This document shows, one piece after another, positions 30,203-40,434 of a stretch of 64,000 nucleotides of DNA (the stretch's first letter is position 1; every line of letters begins with the position of its first letter). The stretch comes from an uncultured candidatus Porisulfidus sp. (GTDB taxonomy: Bacteria > Pseudomonadota > Gammaproteobacteria > Poriferisulfidales > Poriferisulfidaceae): positions 256,001 to 320,000 of the forward strand of contig CBDASZ010000002.1 in assembly GCA_965199755.1 (NCBI GenBank). Direction: 5' to 3'. The notes under the pieces are model-generated. The model was not told where the DNA came from and did no database searches. It saw only the letters and a list, made by a program, of their open reading frames with translations. Position numbers and translations under genes: made by a program.

Positions 30203-30241
30203 AAGTTTACAAAAAATTATTATAATTGTCGCTGTAAACTT
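30203..30241 (+). promoter_or_regulatory. Palindromic operator-like site enclosing a TATAAT box
   Basis: AAGTTTACA (30203-30211) and TGTAAACTT (30233-30241) form a perfect 9-bp inverted repeat around TATAAT (30221-30226), 13 nt before the XRE start. Confidence 0.6.
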
Positions 30242-30254
30242 TGGGAAATCCATT

Positions 30255-31343
30255 ATGCTCGGCGACAAATTAAGATTGGCCCGCAAAAAAATGGGCTTAT
30301 CATTGCGAGGCCTGTCAAAAAAACTGAAAGAAGAGGCCCGAGTATCTGCTCAGGCAATCGGGAAATACGAGCGGGGTGAAATGGTGCCAAGTTCCACCGT
30401 GCTCATTGCCCTGTCGCAAGCACTGGCAGAACCTGTTGATTATTTTATGAGCCCTATGGACGCCAAATTGCGTGATGTGGATTTTCGCAAGAAATCAGGC
30501 ATATCAGCGCGCGATCAAGCGCGCGTGAGATCTGCCGTTCTTGATCATGCTGAACGATATTTGGTTATTGAAAATATTTTGGAATTGAACAGTGCGACAT
30601 GGAATGCCCCATGCAAACCGGTGGCCTTGGGGAACATTGAGGATGCTGAAGTATTGGCTCAGAAGGTGCGCAGGAAATGGGACCTTGGCGGTGGTCCCAT
30701 CCCTGATATGACAGAGTTACTGGAGGAACAGGGACTCAAGGTTTTGGCTATCGGGCTCCCCGAAAAGGTTGCCGGCTTGACTTGTCTGGTCGAGCACATG
30801 GACAGCAGCATCCCAGTTCCGATGATTGCCGTGAATGCAACGCATGGTGTCGAACGACGACGTATGACGCTGGCCCACGAACTGGCTCATCGAGTCATTG
30901 ACCCTGCATCCTCAGTCAATCTGGGAAAAGCGGCAACACGCTTCGCAGGAGCATTTCTGATCCCTGCTGCACATTTGAAAAGAGAAGTTGGGAAAGACCG
31001 GCATTCTGTCAAAGGCAATGAAATAATGGCGCTGAAGCATCGCTATCGTGTAAGTGCTGTTTCGCTCCTCGTTCGCATGGAACAGGTTGGCATCATCAGA
31101 TCCTCAAAGTTGGCTTATATGATGCAAACGGAAGGCCGCGGATGGCGTACGCAAGAACCGCAGCCGATTAAAGACGATGTGACTGAAAAGGCAACACGCT
31201 TTAAACGCTTATGCTTTCGAGCACTGAATGAGGGTGAGATATCCCTTCCTAAAACCTCCGAGCTCCTGAGAACACCTGTGGTGGAAATTTGGCAGGAAAG
31301 AATGCAAAAGGGAGCTTCGGCAAGTGCGGTCTATTGTCCTTGA
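30255..31343 (+). CDS. XRE-family HTH fused to an ImmA/IrrE (M78) Zn metallopeptidase domain
   Basis: LRLARKKMGLSLRGL..VSAQAIGKYERG HTH, VDFRK, RRRMTLAHELAH (HExxH), ATRFAGAFLIP motifs. Confidence 0.93.
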   Translation: MLGDKLRLARKKMGLSLRGLSKKLKEEARVSAQAIGKYERGEMVPSSTVLIALSQALAEPVDYFMSPMDAKLRDVDFRKKSGISARDQARVRSAVLDHAERYLVIENILELNSATWNAPCKPVALGNIEDAEVLAQKVRRKWDLGGGPIPDMTELLEEQGLKVLAIGLPEKVAGLTCLVEHMDSSIPVPMIAVNATHGVERRRMTLAHELAHRVIDPASSVNLGKAATRFAGAFLIPAAHLKREVGKDRHSVKGNEIMALKHRYRVSAVSLLVRMEQVGIIRSSKLAYMMQTEGRGWRTQEPQPIKDDVTEKATRFKRLCFRALNEGEISLPKTSELLRTPVVEIWQERMQKGASASAVYCP

Positions 31344-31764
31344 CACTTCCATTCTTATTGATCTGGAGAAAACCGGGTCTTTAGAGAACATCTTCGGCCT
31401 GCCCTACGACTTCACCGCTGCTGATGTAATGTTTCGTAATGAATTACTGTATATGAAGGGCTATAGGAAGGACAGTCTTCTGGCACTAGGATTGCGATTG
31501 GTCAGGCTGGACAGCCACGAAGCCAAAGCGGCAATATTGGGACACGTAAAAATCTACCGGCAACTCACCTCTAACGATGCCTATGCCTCAGAGTTTGCAA
31601 GAACTTACAACTGCATACTACTCACGGGAGACAAAAAACTCCGGCAGGCAGCAAATGAAGAAGGCGTTGAGGTACACGGCCATTTCTGGCTTGTAGAAGA
31701 TCTGGAAGAGCGGATTCAAAAACTTGAGCGCAATCTGCTCGAACCATATCCCATGGGAATGTAA
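31324..31764 (+). CDS. PIN domain protein (DUF3368-like ribonuclease)
   Basis: IVLDTSILID, E, LTSND, LLTGDKKLR..VEVHG acidic PIN pattern. Overlaps the XRE gene by 20 nt. Confidence 0.88.
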   Translation: MRSIVLDTSILIDLEKTGSLENIFGLPYDFTAADVMFRNELLYMKGYRKDSLLALGLRLVRLDSHEAKAAILGHVKIYRQLTSNDAYASEFARTYNCILLTGDKKLRQAANEEGVEVHGHFWLVEDLEERIQKLERNLLEPYPMGM

Positions 31765-31794
31765 CTCTAATAAATGCAACTCTAAAGCCTGTGA

Positions 31795-32961
31795 CTAAAC
31801 GGAATGCGCATGCTCCTGAAGTGACTCGGTAGGCAGAAACATCTCACATAAATCATTGAGGTGCCGCCATCCCAACTCACTGGCGCGCAACCCGTACCCC
31901 TCCTCTAAGATCAGACCCGCTACCCGCGCATGCTCCAGCGCCGATTCGGCCATCTCCTTTGATTGCCCGGTGCGCTCCTCGAACAAGTCCCAGGTCGCCC
32001 CTTCTTTCAGGCGCAACGCCCCCAGCATGAACTCAAACACCCGCTCCGAAGCAGAGCAAATCGTCCGCTCCGCCGTTGCATCGCCACACTCCACCGCATC
32101 CATCCAAGCCTCCGGGCGTCTCACCTGCACTGTGCGCGATACCTCACCGGAAGAATCGGTCCATTTGCCGTGCGCCCCCGCGCCCAATCCCAGATAGTCG
32201 CCATATTCCCAATAGTTGCGGTTATGGCGGCAAGCGAAACCCTCGCGGCTCCATGCGGAGACCTCATACTGAACATAACCTGCGCTGCGCAACAAAGCCG
32301 CGCCTTGCTCAAACATTTCGCTCAACCGATCTGAGTCAGGAACGGGCGGCGGGCGTTTCGCAAACGGCGTGCCCGGCTCCAGCGTCAACTGATACCACGA
32401 CACATGTTCAGGTGCATGTGCAATCGCACGTTTGAGATCTGACTCTGCCTGCTGCAGCGTCTGGTTCGGCAAGCCGAACATCACATCCAGATTGAGGTTC
32501 GCAAAACCCGCCTGACGCGCCGCCGCCACTGCCGCCTCCGCATCCTGACAGTCATGCGCCCGACCCAACGCGCGCAAAGCATCATCTTGAAAACTCTGCA
32601 CCCCAATCGACAAGCGGCTGACACTCGCCTCTCGATAGCCGGAAAAGCGCGCGCAATCGGCTGATTGCGGATTCGCTTCCAGCGTCACTTCCATCTCCTC
32701 AGCGCACACAAAACCCGCCCGCACTTCTTCCAGAATCGTGCCAATCGCCTCTGCGGAAAATCGGCTCGGCGTCCCGCCGCCGAAGAACACACTCTCAAGC
32801 GGCCGCTCTGTCACGCGGGCCGCATGTCTGCGCAATTCGTGACACACAGCATCGGTGTAGCGGTTCTCATCAAACGTCGCCGCGGCATGCGCGTTGAAAT
32901 CGCAGTACGGACAACGTGACACACACCACGGAAGGTGCACGTACAGCGCCAGCGGGATCAT
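31795..32961 (-). CDS. hemW: Radical SAM heme chaperone HemW
   Basis: LYVHLPWCVSRCPYCDFN, FFGGGTPS, HNRNYW motifs. Follows rdgB. Confidence 0.95.
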   Translation of the reverse strand: MIPLALYVHLPWCVSRCPYCDFNAHAAATFDENRYTDAVCHELRRHAARVTERPLESVFFGGGTPSRFSAEAIGTILEEVRAGFVCAEEMEVTLEANPQSADCARFSGYREASVSRLSIGVQSFQDDALRALGRAHDCQDAEAAVAAARQAGFANLNLDVMFGLPNQTLQQAESDLKRAIAHAPEHVSWYQLTLEPGTPFAKRPPPVPDSDRLSEMFEQGAALLRSAGYVQYEVSAWSREGFACRHNRNYWEYGDYLGLGAGAHGKWTDSSGEVSRTVQVRRPEAWMDAVECGDATAERTICSASERVFEFMLGALRLKEGATWDLFEERTGQSKEMAESALEHARVAGLILEEGYGLRASELGWRHLNDLCEMFLPTESLQEHAHSV

Positions 32962-33551
32962 GTGTCTTCGCGCAAGCGGGCCACCAGCGCGCGTAGCGCC
33001 GCGCCCCGATGACTGAGTTGATTCTTTACTTCCGGCTCCAGTTCAGCAGAACTGCACTCATGCGTCGGTACATAAAACAGCGGGTCGTAGCCAAACCCAT
33101 TAGCGCCGCGCGGAGTCTCCAGAATGCGCCCCTCCCAACTCCCCTCGACCAGAACCGGGTCCGAATCATCTGACGCACGCACATATGCGATCACACAGCG
33201 ATATCGAGCGGTGCGGTGCGCCTCTGGCACATTACGCAATTCCTCCAGCATCAGGAGATTGTTGGCCTGATCATCGCAAGGCTCGCCCGCGTAGCGCGCC
33301 GAGTACACACCGGGACGGCCCCCCAGCGCATCGACTTCAATACCGGAATCATCAGCCAGTGCCGGCAGACCGGTCACGGTCGCCGCATGATGCGCCTTCA
33401 GCAACGCATTCTCCTCGAAAGTCTTCCCCGTCTCCTCAATTTCCTCAACTCCCAGCTCACCTTGTGTCACCAGTGCCCAGCCCAACGGGCGCAATAAGGC
33501 GTCCAGTTCCCGCAACTTGCCGGGATTGTTGCTCGCCAATACGCGCTTCAC
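32958..33551 (-). CDS. rdgB: dITP/XTP pyrophosphatase
   Basis: [28 protein letters not shown] motifs. Confidence 0.97.
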   Translation of the reverse strand: MKRVLASNNPGKLRELDALLRPLGWALVTQGELGVEEIEETGKTFEENALLKAHHAATVTGLPALADDSGIEVDALGGRPGVYSARYAGEPCDDQANNLLMLEELRNVPEAHRTARYRCVIAYVRASDDSDPVLVEGSWEGRILETPRGANGFGYDPLFYVPTHECSSAELEPEVKNQLSHRGAALRALVARLREDT

Positions 33552-34270
33552 GAAGTTCGGGCCTGTCGCTGCAATTCCATAATGTCACTGATGCCTGCCG
33601 CGGCCATGTCGAGCAAGCGGTTCAGTTCATCACGGCGAAACGCATGACCTTCCGCGGTGCCCTGCACTTCCACCAGCGCCCCCGCATCATTCATCACCAC
33701 GTTGATGTCCGCCTCAGCGGTGGAATCTTCCGCGTAATCCAGATCAAGCAGCAACTCGCCGCCGACAATACCAACAGAAATAGCCGCGATCTGTCCGTGA
33801 ATGGGCTGGGTGCGCAGGGTGCCCGCCTCAAGCAGACTATCCACCGCGCCCTGCATGGCCAAAAATGCGCCATTGATCGCCGCCGTGCGCGTACCGCCAT
33901 CAGCCTGCAACACATCGCAGTCCAGCGTCAGCGTATTCTCGCCGAGCGCCTTCAAATCAACGCAGGCGCGCAAAGCGCGCCCGATCAGACGCTGAATCTC
34001 CAGAGTGCGACCGCCCTGCTTGCCACTGCTGGCCTCACGGCGCATGCGCGTCCCGGTCGCGCGCGGCAGCATGCCGTATTCAGCCGTAACCCAGCCGCTT
34101 TGCTGACCGCGCAGCCAGCGCGGCACACTCTCCTCCCATGATGCGGTGCACAACACGCGGGTGTCCCCATGCTCGCACAACACGGAGCCTTCAGCATGGC
34201 GCGCATAGTCGCACTGGTAGCGTATCGGGCGCAGCTCGTCGGGCGAGCGACCACTGGGACGTTTGGGCAT
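33548..34270 (-). CDS. rph: Ribonuclease PH
   Basis: [42 protein letters not shown] motifs. True start is ATG 34270, not 34489. Confidence 0.97.
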   Translation of the reverse strand: MPKRPSGRSPDELRPIRYQCDYARHAEGSVLCEHGDTRVLCTASWEESVPRWLRGQQSGWVTAEYGMLPRATGTRMRREASSGKQGGRTLEIQRLIGRALRACVDLKALGENTLTLDCDVLQADGGTRTAAINGAFLAMQGAVDSLLEAGTLRTQPIHGQIAAISVGIVGGELLLDLDYAEDSTAEADINVVMNDAGALVEVQGTAEGHAFRRDELNRLLDMAAAGISDIMELQRQARTS

Positions 34271-34457
34271 GGTGAGCTTGGGTGGGATTTTGCGAAATAC
34301 AGAATACCAGAACTGGGATGCCGCCGCCATGTCATCGGCGACAGACGCCCGCCCTTTATAATCTGTCTGCGCCGACTGCCCACAATCTCTTCCAACACCG
34401 ACGCCGCATTGCGCACTGCTCTTATCACCCTTCGCCCTGTCTTGCCCTAGGGCCGCC

Positions 34458-35414
34458 ATGTCCCCGATATTTTTGTATGCCGCCGCCATTCTGGGAGGTT
34501 TTATCGCCTTGGCTTGGAGCGCGGATCATCTGGTCAAGGGCTCTTGCGAACTGGCGCAATTGTGGAACGTGCCGCACTTCGCCATTGGCGTCGTGATTCT
34601 TGGATTTGGCACCTCGCTTCCCGAACTGCTGGTGTCCGCCATCGCCGCAGCCCAGAACAGTGGCGGCATCGCCATCGGCAACGCGGTCGGCTCCAACATC
34701 GCCAACATCGCGCTGATCCTGGGCGTCTCCGCGCTGCTCGCGCCCCTGACGGCAGACCGGCTGGTGGTGCGGCGCGACCTGCCGCTGATCCTGTTCGCCT
34801 CCGCCGCCGTGTTTCTGGCCTTGTCGGATCTCGCGCTAAGCCGTCTGGAAGGTGGCCTCTTGCTGCTGGCGCTGCTCGGCGTCATTGGCTGGATCGTGCG
34901 CAGCGGTCAGGCCAGTGCGCCAATCATCAGCAGTTCGCAAACCAGCTCCATGCCGCATGCCGTCTTGTGGACACTGCTGAGTCTGCTGCTGTTGCTGGGC
35001 AGTGCCTGGGTGTTGGTCTGGGGCAGCACTGGCTTGGCGCGCAGTTTTGGCATCAGCGAGCTGGTCATTGGCCTGACGCTGATCGCTATCGGCACCTCAC
35101 TGCCTGAACTGGCCGCGTCCGTCGCCTCACTGCGCCATCCCGCCGGCAGCAGTCTCATTCTCGGCAACGTGATCGGCTCGAATCTGTTCAACACGCTGGG
35201 CGTGGTAGGCTTGCCGGCCGTCATCCGGCCCTTCTCTGTGGACAGCATGCTGTTTCAGGACGCCCTTTTCATGCTGCTTCTGACGGCGGGTCTGGGCGGC
35301 TTGCTGCTGTACCGAAGCCATCTGCGTCTGCACCGCGGCGGTGCGATAATTCTGCTGCTGTGCTATATAGGATATATGGGATGGAACGCCGAACGGATGG
35401 TGGGGCTGACATGA
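34458..35414 (+). CDS. yrbG: Calcium/sodium antiporter YrbG
   Basis: Two GTSLPE alpha-repeats and GN.(V/I)GSN motifs. Upstream of kdsD. Confidence 0.93.
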   Translation: MSPIFLYAAAILGGFIALAWSADHLVKGSCELAQLWNVPHFAIGVVILGFGTSLPELLVSAIAAAQNSGGIAIGNAVGSNIANIALILGVSALLAPLTADRLVVRRDLPLILFASAAVFLALSDLALSRLEGGLLLLALLGVIGWIVRSGQASAPIISSSQTSSMPHAVLWTLLSLLLLLGSAWVLVWGSTGLARSFGISELVIGLTLIAIGTSLPELAASVASLRHPAGSSLILGNVIGSNLFNTLGVVGLPAVIRPFSVDSMLFQDALFMLLLTAGLGGLLLYRSHLRLHRGGAIILLLCYIGYMGWNAERMVGLT

Positions 35415-36391
35415 CCGGGAAAACTCAGGATATAGATATTCTGGAATCCGCGCACGAAGTATTGGCGCTGGAATCTGAAACCTTGCGCCATCAGGCCGAG
35501 CGGCTGGATGCGTCTTTCGCCGATTGCTGCCGACTGCTGGCCAGCTGCAGCGGGCGCATTATTGTCATCGGCATGGGCAAGTCCGGGCATATCGGCCAGA
35601 AGATCGCCGCCACCTTCGCCAGCACCGGCTCGCCGGCCTTTTTCGTGCATCCTGCCGAAGCCAGTCACGGCGATCTGGGCATGATCCTGCCCAACGATGT
35701 CGCGCTGGCCTTGTCTCATTCCGGCGAAACCCCGGAGCTGCTGAGTCTGATACCGCGTCTGCATCAACTGGGCGTGGCGCTGATCGCCATGACCGGATCT
35801 CACCAGTCCACGCTCGCACGCAGCGCCACCTTGAGTCTAGAGTTGTCGATTGAACGCGAGGCCTGTCCGCTCAACCTGGCCCCGACCTCCAGCACCACTG
35901 CGGCGCTGGCAATGGGTGACGCGCTGGCGATCACCTTGATGCGTCTGCGCGGCTTCAAGGAAGAAGATTTCGCAGTCACGCATCCGGGCGGCAACCTCGG
36001 CAAGCGTCTGCTGACTACGGTCGGTGACCTGATGCGCCAGGACGATCAGATCCCGCGGGTTCTGGCGAGCGCCCTGTTGCGCGACGCGCTGCCTGAAATT
36101 TCCAGCAAAGGCCTCGGCATGACCACCGTGCTGGACGAAAACGAACAACTGGTCGGCGTGTTCACCGACGGCGACCTGCGTCGCAGTCTGGCGGACGCGG
36201 TGGACATTCATGCGGTGACCGTGGCCGAAGTGATGACGCGCGAGTTTCAGCACGCCGAGCCTTCAGAACTCGCGGTTGACGCCTTGCACCGCATGCGCGA
36301 TCATCACATCAATGCCATGCCGGTATTGCGCGACGACCAACTGGTCGGGGCCTTCAACATGCACGATCTCCTCACCGCCGGCATCCGATGA
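35411..36391 (+). CDS. kdsD: D-arabinose 5-phosphate isomerase (SIS + CBS)
   Basis: GMGKSGHIG, HPAEASHGDLG, LAPTSST, HPGG motifs and a CBS pair. Confidence 0.96.
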   Translation: MTGKTQDIDILESAHEVLALESETLRHQAERLDASFADCCRLLASCSGRIIVIGMGKSGHIGQKIAATFASTGSPAFFVHPAEASHGDLGMILPNDVALALSHSGETPELLSLIPRLHQLGVALIAMTGSHQSTLARSATLSLELSIEREACPLNLAPTSSTTAALAMGDALAITLMRLRGFKEEDFAVTHPGGNLGKRLLTTVGDLMRQDDQIPRVLASALLRDALPEISSKGLGMTTVLDENEQLVGVFTDGDLRRSLADAVDIHAVTVAEVMTREFQHAEPSELAVDALHRMRDHHINAMPVLRDDQLVGAFNMHDLLTAGIR

Positions 36392-36858
36392 AACCTGAAC
36401 AGGCCCGACTGCTGCTGCTGGACGTAGATGGCGTGCTCACGGACGGACACCTGTGGCTGCATCCTGATGGCACTGAGACCAAATGCTTTCACGTGCACGA
36501 CGGTCTGGGACTGGTCCAGGTGCTGCGCGCCGGCCTATCCGTGGTCGTCATCAGTGCGCGCGCAAGCGCCATTGTGGAGGAGCGCATGCGCGAACTCGGC
36601 GTCACCGAAGTGCATCTGGGTGTGGAGGACAAATACGCTTGCGCCTGCGGTGTGCTGGAACGGTTGGGCTGTTCCTGGGACACAGTGGTGTGCGTGGGAG
36701 ACGATCTGGTGGACCTGCCGATGATGGAAGCCGCCGGCGTCGCCGTGGCAGTGGCGGACGCGCGCGTGCAGGCCCAACACGCTGCGGACTGGGTGACACC
36801 AAACCGGGGCGGGCGCGGCGCAGTACGCGATGTCTGCGACTGGCTGCTACAGACATGA
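36388..36858 (+). CDS. kdsC: KDO 8-phosphate phosphatase
   Basis: DVDGVLTDG, GDDLVD, GGRGAVRD motifs. Confidence 0.95.
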   Translation: MKPEQARLLLLDVDGVLTDGHLWLHPDGTETKCFHVHDGLGLVQVLRAGLSVVVISARASAIVEERMRELGVTEVHLGVEDKYACACGVLERLGCSWDTVVCVGDDLVDLPMMEAAGVAVAVADARVQAQHAADWVTPNRGGRGAVRDVCDWLLQT

Positions 36859-37904
36859 ATTGGCACGCCCTCCGCCCGTCACTGCTGCTGGGTGTGCTTC
36901 TCGCCAGCAGCGCGGTGCTGCTGTGGTCCCTGCGCGACGCTGCGCCGCCACCGCCGCAGCTGGGCGATGCCGCGGCCGACAACAGCTTCTCTCAGGTGTC
37001 CTATCAAATGCGCGACGCGCAGGGCCTTCCGGTCTACCGCATCTTTGCGGAGCAACTCGACCAGTTCTCCGAGTCTCAACAGGTGCTGCTACAGCAACCG
37101 CATTTGGCGTGGCTCAGTCACGGCTATGAGAACTCCTGGGGCAAAGCCGAGCGCGGCGTCATCCGGCAATCGACACTGGAATTGCGCGAAGCAGTCACCC
37201 TGATGGTGGAACGCCCGAACGGCTCGCCCGCCTTGCTGCAAGGGGCCTCACTGGTGCTGGAGCCGGATGAGGATCGCATTCACAGCACGCAAGAGGTCAT
37301 TCTCAGCAGTCCGCAAACCACCATGCGCGGCACAGGGCTGGAATACTGGATGGCGCGCGGCGGCGGGCGGCTGCATAAGGATGTGTTGACCCGGCATTTC
37401 TCAACTTTGCTCGACAGTCCGAGTTACCCGTTGCTGCGCCAGATTGCCGAAGCCGGCTTCTCGGCCGCGCACGCCGCCGATGACACCGGTGATCTGGAGG
37501 TCAGCGCCGATCAGATTGAGTGGGACATTAACAAGAAGATTTATGTCTACCGCGGCAACGTGCGCGCCATGCGCGACACGCTGGTGCTGGCGGCCGACAC
37601 GCTGTCGGTGTTCTCAGAGGACGGCAAGGTGCAGCGCCTGCTTGCCGAAGGCGACGCGACCTGGACGCAGCGGCTCGACTCCGGGGATCCCATGCACGCA
37701 ACGGCCGAGCAAATTTCATACGAAATCAGCCACCGCAAGGTGGTACTCAAACAGCAGGTCGAACTGCGCTCCGGGGATGTTGAGTTTGCCGGCGACAAGG
37801 TCATCTGGCTGCTCGACGAAAACCGCATCGCCGCCGGAGCGACTCCCGGCGACCAAGGGAAGCAAAAGCGCCAGCGCGTGCGCATTCGCCTGAATACAGA
37901 CTAG
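36855..37904 (+). CDS. Fused LptC-LptA LPS export protein (349 aa)
   Basis: N-terminal TM helix plus an LptC-like jellyroll, then an LptA-like jellyroll (LEVSADQ, YRGNV, LAADTL, AEG, FAGDKV) in one frame. Lies between kdsC and lptB. Confidence 0.82.
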   Translation: MNWHALRPSLLLGVLLASSAVLLWSLRDAAPPPPQLGDAAADNSFSQVSYQMRDAQGLPVYRIFAEQLDQFSESQQVLLQQPHLAWLSHGYENSWGKAERGVIRQSTLELREAVTLMVERPNGSPALLQGASLVLEPDEDRIHSTQEVILSSPQTTMRGTGLEYWMARGGGRLHKDVLTRHFSTLLDSPSYPLLRQIAEAGFSAAHAADDTGDLEVSADQIEWDINKKIYVYRGNVRAMRDTLVLAADTLSVFSEDGKVQRLLAEGDATWTQRLDSGDPMHATAEQISYEISHRKVVLKQQVELRSGDVEFAGDKVIWLLDENRIAAGATPGDQGKQKRQRVRIRLNTD

Positions 37905-37906
37905 GC

Positions 37907-38692
37907 ATGGCCAGCGACACCCCGAACCGCCAACCGCCCCCGCTGGAGGAATCCATGAGCGCCACCGCCCTCATTGAGTTGTGCGTGTTGCGGCTCAGCA
38001 AGTTTTATCGCCAACGCGAGGTGGTCGCGGACGTCTCGCTACGCGCCCGTAATCACGAGATCATCGGCTTGCTCGGTCCCAACGGTGCCGGCAAGACCAC
38101 CTGTTTCTACATGATTGCAGGCCTGGTGCCCTGCGACGATGGTTCAATCTGGCTTGACGGCGACAACATCACTAACATCTCCATGAGCGCGCGTGCGCAG
38201 CGCGGCATTGGCTACCTGCCGCAGGAGGCATCCATCTTCCGCCGTCTGACGGTCGCCGAGAACATTCTCGGCGTGCTGCAACAACTGCCGCTATCGGCGG
38301 ACGAACAGTGCACACGGCTGGAGACGCTGCTTGATGAGTTTTCCATCACGGAGATTCGCGACAGTTACGGCTACACGCTGTCCGGCGGCGAGCGCCGCCG
38401 GGTGGAGATCGCACGCACGCTGGCGACGGAGCCTTCGTTCATTCTGCTGGACGAACCTTTCGCCGGCATCGACCCCCTGCACATCGCCGATCTCAGGGAC
38501 ATGATTTTACAGTTGCGTGAGAAGGACATCGGCATCATCATCACCGACCACAATGTCCGTGAAACCCTCAGCATCTGCGACCGCGCGTATATTCTGGCCT
38601 CAAGCCGCGTCATTGCTGAAGGCACGCCGGAGGAAATCCTGCAAAACGAGCAGGTGCGCGAAACCTATCTGGGCGAGGACTTTGTGCTGTAG
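37907..38692 (+). CDS. lptB: LPS export ABC transporter ATPase
   Basis: [46 protein letters not shown] motifs. Confidence 0.97.
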   Translation: MASDTPNRQPPPLEESMSATALIELCVLRLSKFYRQREVVADVSLRARNHEIIGLLGPNGAGKTTCFYMIAGLVPCDDGSIWLDGDNITNISMSARAQRGIGYLPQEASIFRRLTVAENILGVLQQLPLSADEQCTRLETLLDEFSITEIRDSYGYTLSGGERRRVEIARTLATEPSFILLDEPFAGIDPLHIADLRDMILQLREKDIGIIITDHNVRETLSICDRAYILASSRVIAEGTPEEILQNEQVRETYLGEDFVL

Positions 38693-38778
38693 ATCGGCAG
38701 TCCAAAACCGGAGCCGACGGCGGGGATGTGAACTGTATAATGGAAGCACTTGCATTTGACGGATTCGCGGAGCACTTT

Positions 38779-39099
38779 ATGAACCTTAAGTTGACCGGAC
38801 ATCATCTCGACATTACCGACCCGCTTCGCGAGCATATCAACACCAAATTCAAACGCCTCACCCGACATTTTGACGATGTCCTCGACAGTCAGTTGACCCT
38901 GTCCGTCGAACACGACACTCATCGCGCCGAAGCGACCTTGCATGTTCGCCAGCACCACGTCCACGCGCGTGCCGAAGACTCTGACATGTACAGCGCCATC
39001 GACACCCTGACGGGAAAGTTGGATCGGCAGCTACTGAAATACAAGGAGAAACATAAGGATCATCACCAGAGCCAAGTCACGCATCACCAAATTAACTGA
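38779..39099 (+). CDS. hpf: Ribosome hibernation promoting factor
   Basis: MNLKLTGHHLDIT, DMYSAID, LDRQLLKYKEK motifs. TATAAT at 38736-38741. Confidence 0.95.
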   Translation: MNLKLTGHHLDITDPLREHINTKFKRLTRHFDDVLDSQLTLSVEHDTHRAEATLHVRQHHVHARAEDSDMYSAIDTLTGKLDRQLLKYKEKHKDHHQSQVTHHQIN

Positions 39100-39107
39100 G
39101 GAGCGCC

Positions 39108-39560
39108 ATGTATGGCATTCTGGAGTTGCTGCAGCCTGGCAGGATATTGTTGCAGCAGCGCTTAAAAAGCCGCAAGCGCACCTTGGAGACTCTAGGTGCC
39201 TTACTGAGTCACGATATGCCGCAAACTGAACCCCGCATGCTAAGCGACCTGCTGATGGAGCGCGAACGTCTCGGCAGCACCGGCTGGGGCAATGGCATCG
39301 CCATCCCGCACTGCCGCATTCCGGCGTCGGAGCGTTTCTCCTGCGCCGTGCTGACGCTGGAGCAAGGTATCGACTTCGAGGCCGCGGACAACCAGCCGGT
39401 CGATGTGTTTCTCGGCATTGGCGCGCCGGAACAGAAAACCGACACGCATCTGGAGTACCTCAAGCAGGCCGCCGAGTTGCTGAGCGACCCGGAAAAACTC
39501 GAACTGCTACGCAGCAGTCATGACCCGCAGCGCCTGCTGGACGCCTTGCGCCAGAGTTAA
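39108..39560 (+). CDS. ptsN: PTS EIIA-Ntr
   Basis: RERLGSTG.GNGIAIPHCR, D.QPVD motifs. Conserved position. Confidence 0.92.
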   Translation: MYGILELLQPGRILLQQRLKSRKRTLETLGALLSHDMPQTEPRMLSDLLMERERLGSTGWGNGIAIPHCRIPASERFSCAVLTLEQGIDFEAADNQPVDVFLGIGAPEQKTDTHLEYLKQAAELLSDPEKLELLRSSHDPQRLLDALRQS

Positions 39561-39564
39561 CCCC

Positions 39565-40434
39565 ATGCACTTCTTCATCATCAGCGGTTTGTCCGGTTCC
39601 GGCAAATCCGTCGCCCTGGGGACGCTTGAGGACCACGGCGCACATTGCGTCGACAACCTGCCGCCGAGCTTGCTGCTGGAATACGCGCGCGGGCTGATGC
39701 GCGAGGATTCCCCCTACCCGAAGCAGGCCGCGATCGGAATGGATGCGCGCAGTCTGCCGGAAGTGCAAGCCCTGCCTGAGGTGCTACGACAGCTGCGCGA
39801 CATGGCCTGCGCCGTCACCGTGGTCTTTCTGGATGCCGACAACGATGTTCTGATCCGGCGCTATAACGATACCCGCCGCCGCCATCCGCTGGCCGAGCAA
39901 GCGCCCACGCTACGGGACGCTGTGCAACAGGAACGTGACTGTCTGGCGGAACTTGCGGAGATCGCCGACTGGCGGCTGGATACCTCGCACACCAACATCC
40001 ATGAATTGCGCGCGATGCTGCGCAAGCGTCTGAACCTGGATGGCGCGCCGGTCTCAGTGCTGTTACAATCATTCGCCTACCGCCGTGGTGTGCCGAGCGA
40101 CTCGGACTTTGTGTTTGACTCGCGCTGCCTTCCCAACCCACATTGGGTGCCGGAACTGCGCGCACGCAACGGTACCGAACAAGAAGTGCACGCCTACCTT
40201 AGCGCGCAAACTCCGGTGACGGAAATGCTGGAAGGAATTTACAGATTTTTACAGTGTTGGCTCCCTGCGTTTCTGGAGGCCAGCCGCCACTACCTCAACA
40301 TCTCCATCGGCTGTACCGGCGGGCAGCACCGCTCGGTGTATCTGGTCGAACAGCTGGCGCAGCGCTTTAGTGATGATACGCGCCTGCATCTGACTGTGCG
40401 CCACCGGGATCTGAAAGCAGAGGTACTCTCGTGA
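39565..40434 (+). CDS. rapZ: RNase adapter RapZ
   Basis: GLSGSGKS, DNLP, TRRRHP, FD.RCLPNPHW, GCTGGQHRS motifs. Confidence 0.96.
   Translation: MHFFIISGLSGSGKSVALGTLEDHGAHCVDNLPPSLLLEYARGLMREDSPYPKQAAIGMDARSLPEVQALPEVLRQLRDMACAVTVVFLDADNDVLIRRYNDTRRRHPLAEQAPTLRDAVQQERDCLAELAEIADWRLDTSHTNIHELRAMLRKRLNLDGAPVSVLLQSFAYRRGVPSDSDFVFDSRCLPNPHWVPELRARNGTEQEVHAYLSAQTPVTEMLEGIYRFLQCWLPAFLEASRHYLNISIGCTGGQHRSVYLVEQLAQRFSDDTRLHLTVRHRDLKAEVLS

Noticed and set aside
34271-34489. N-terminal extension of rph in the ORF track (313 aa)
   Set aside because: Homology begins at MPKRPSGR (34270). The extension crosses the divergent promoter region and overlaps yrbG.
36483-36854. Extra 124-aa N-terminus on the LptC-LptA ORF
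   Set aside because: It overlaps kdsC in another frame and is low-complexity Arg/Gly-rich. The real start is ATG 36855, coupled to the kdsC stop.
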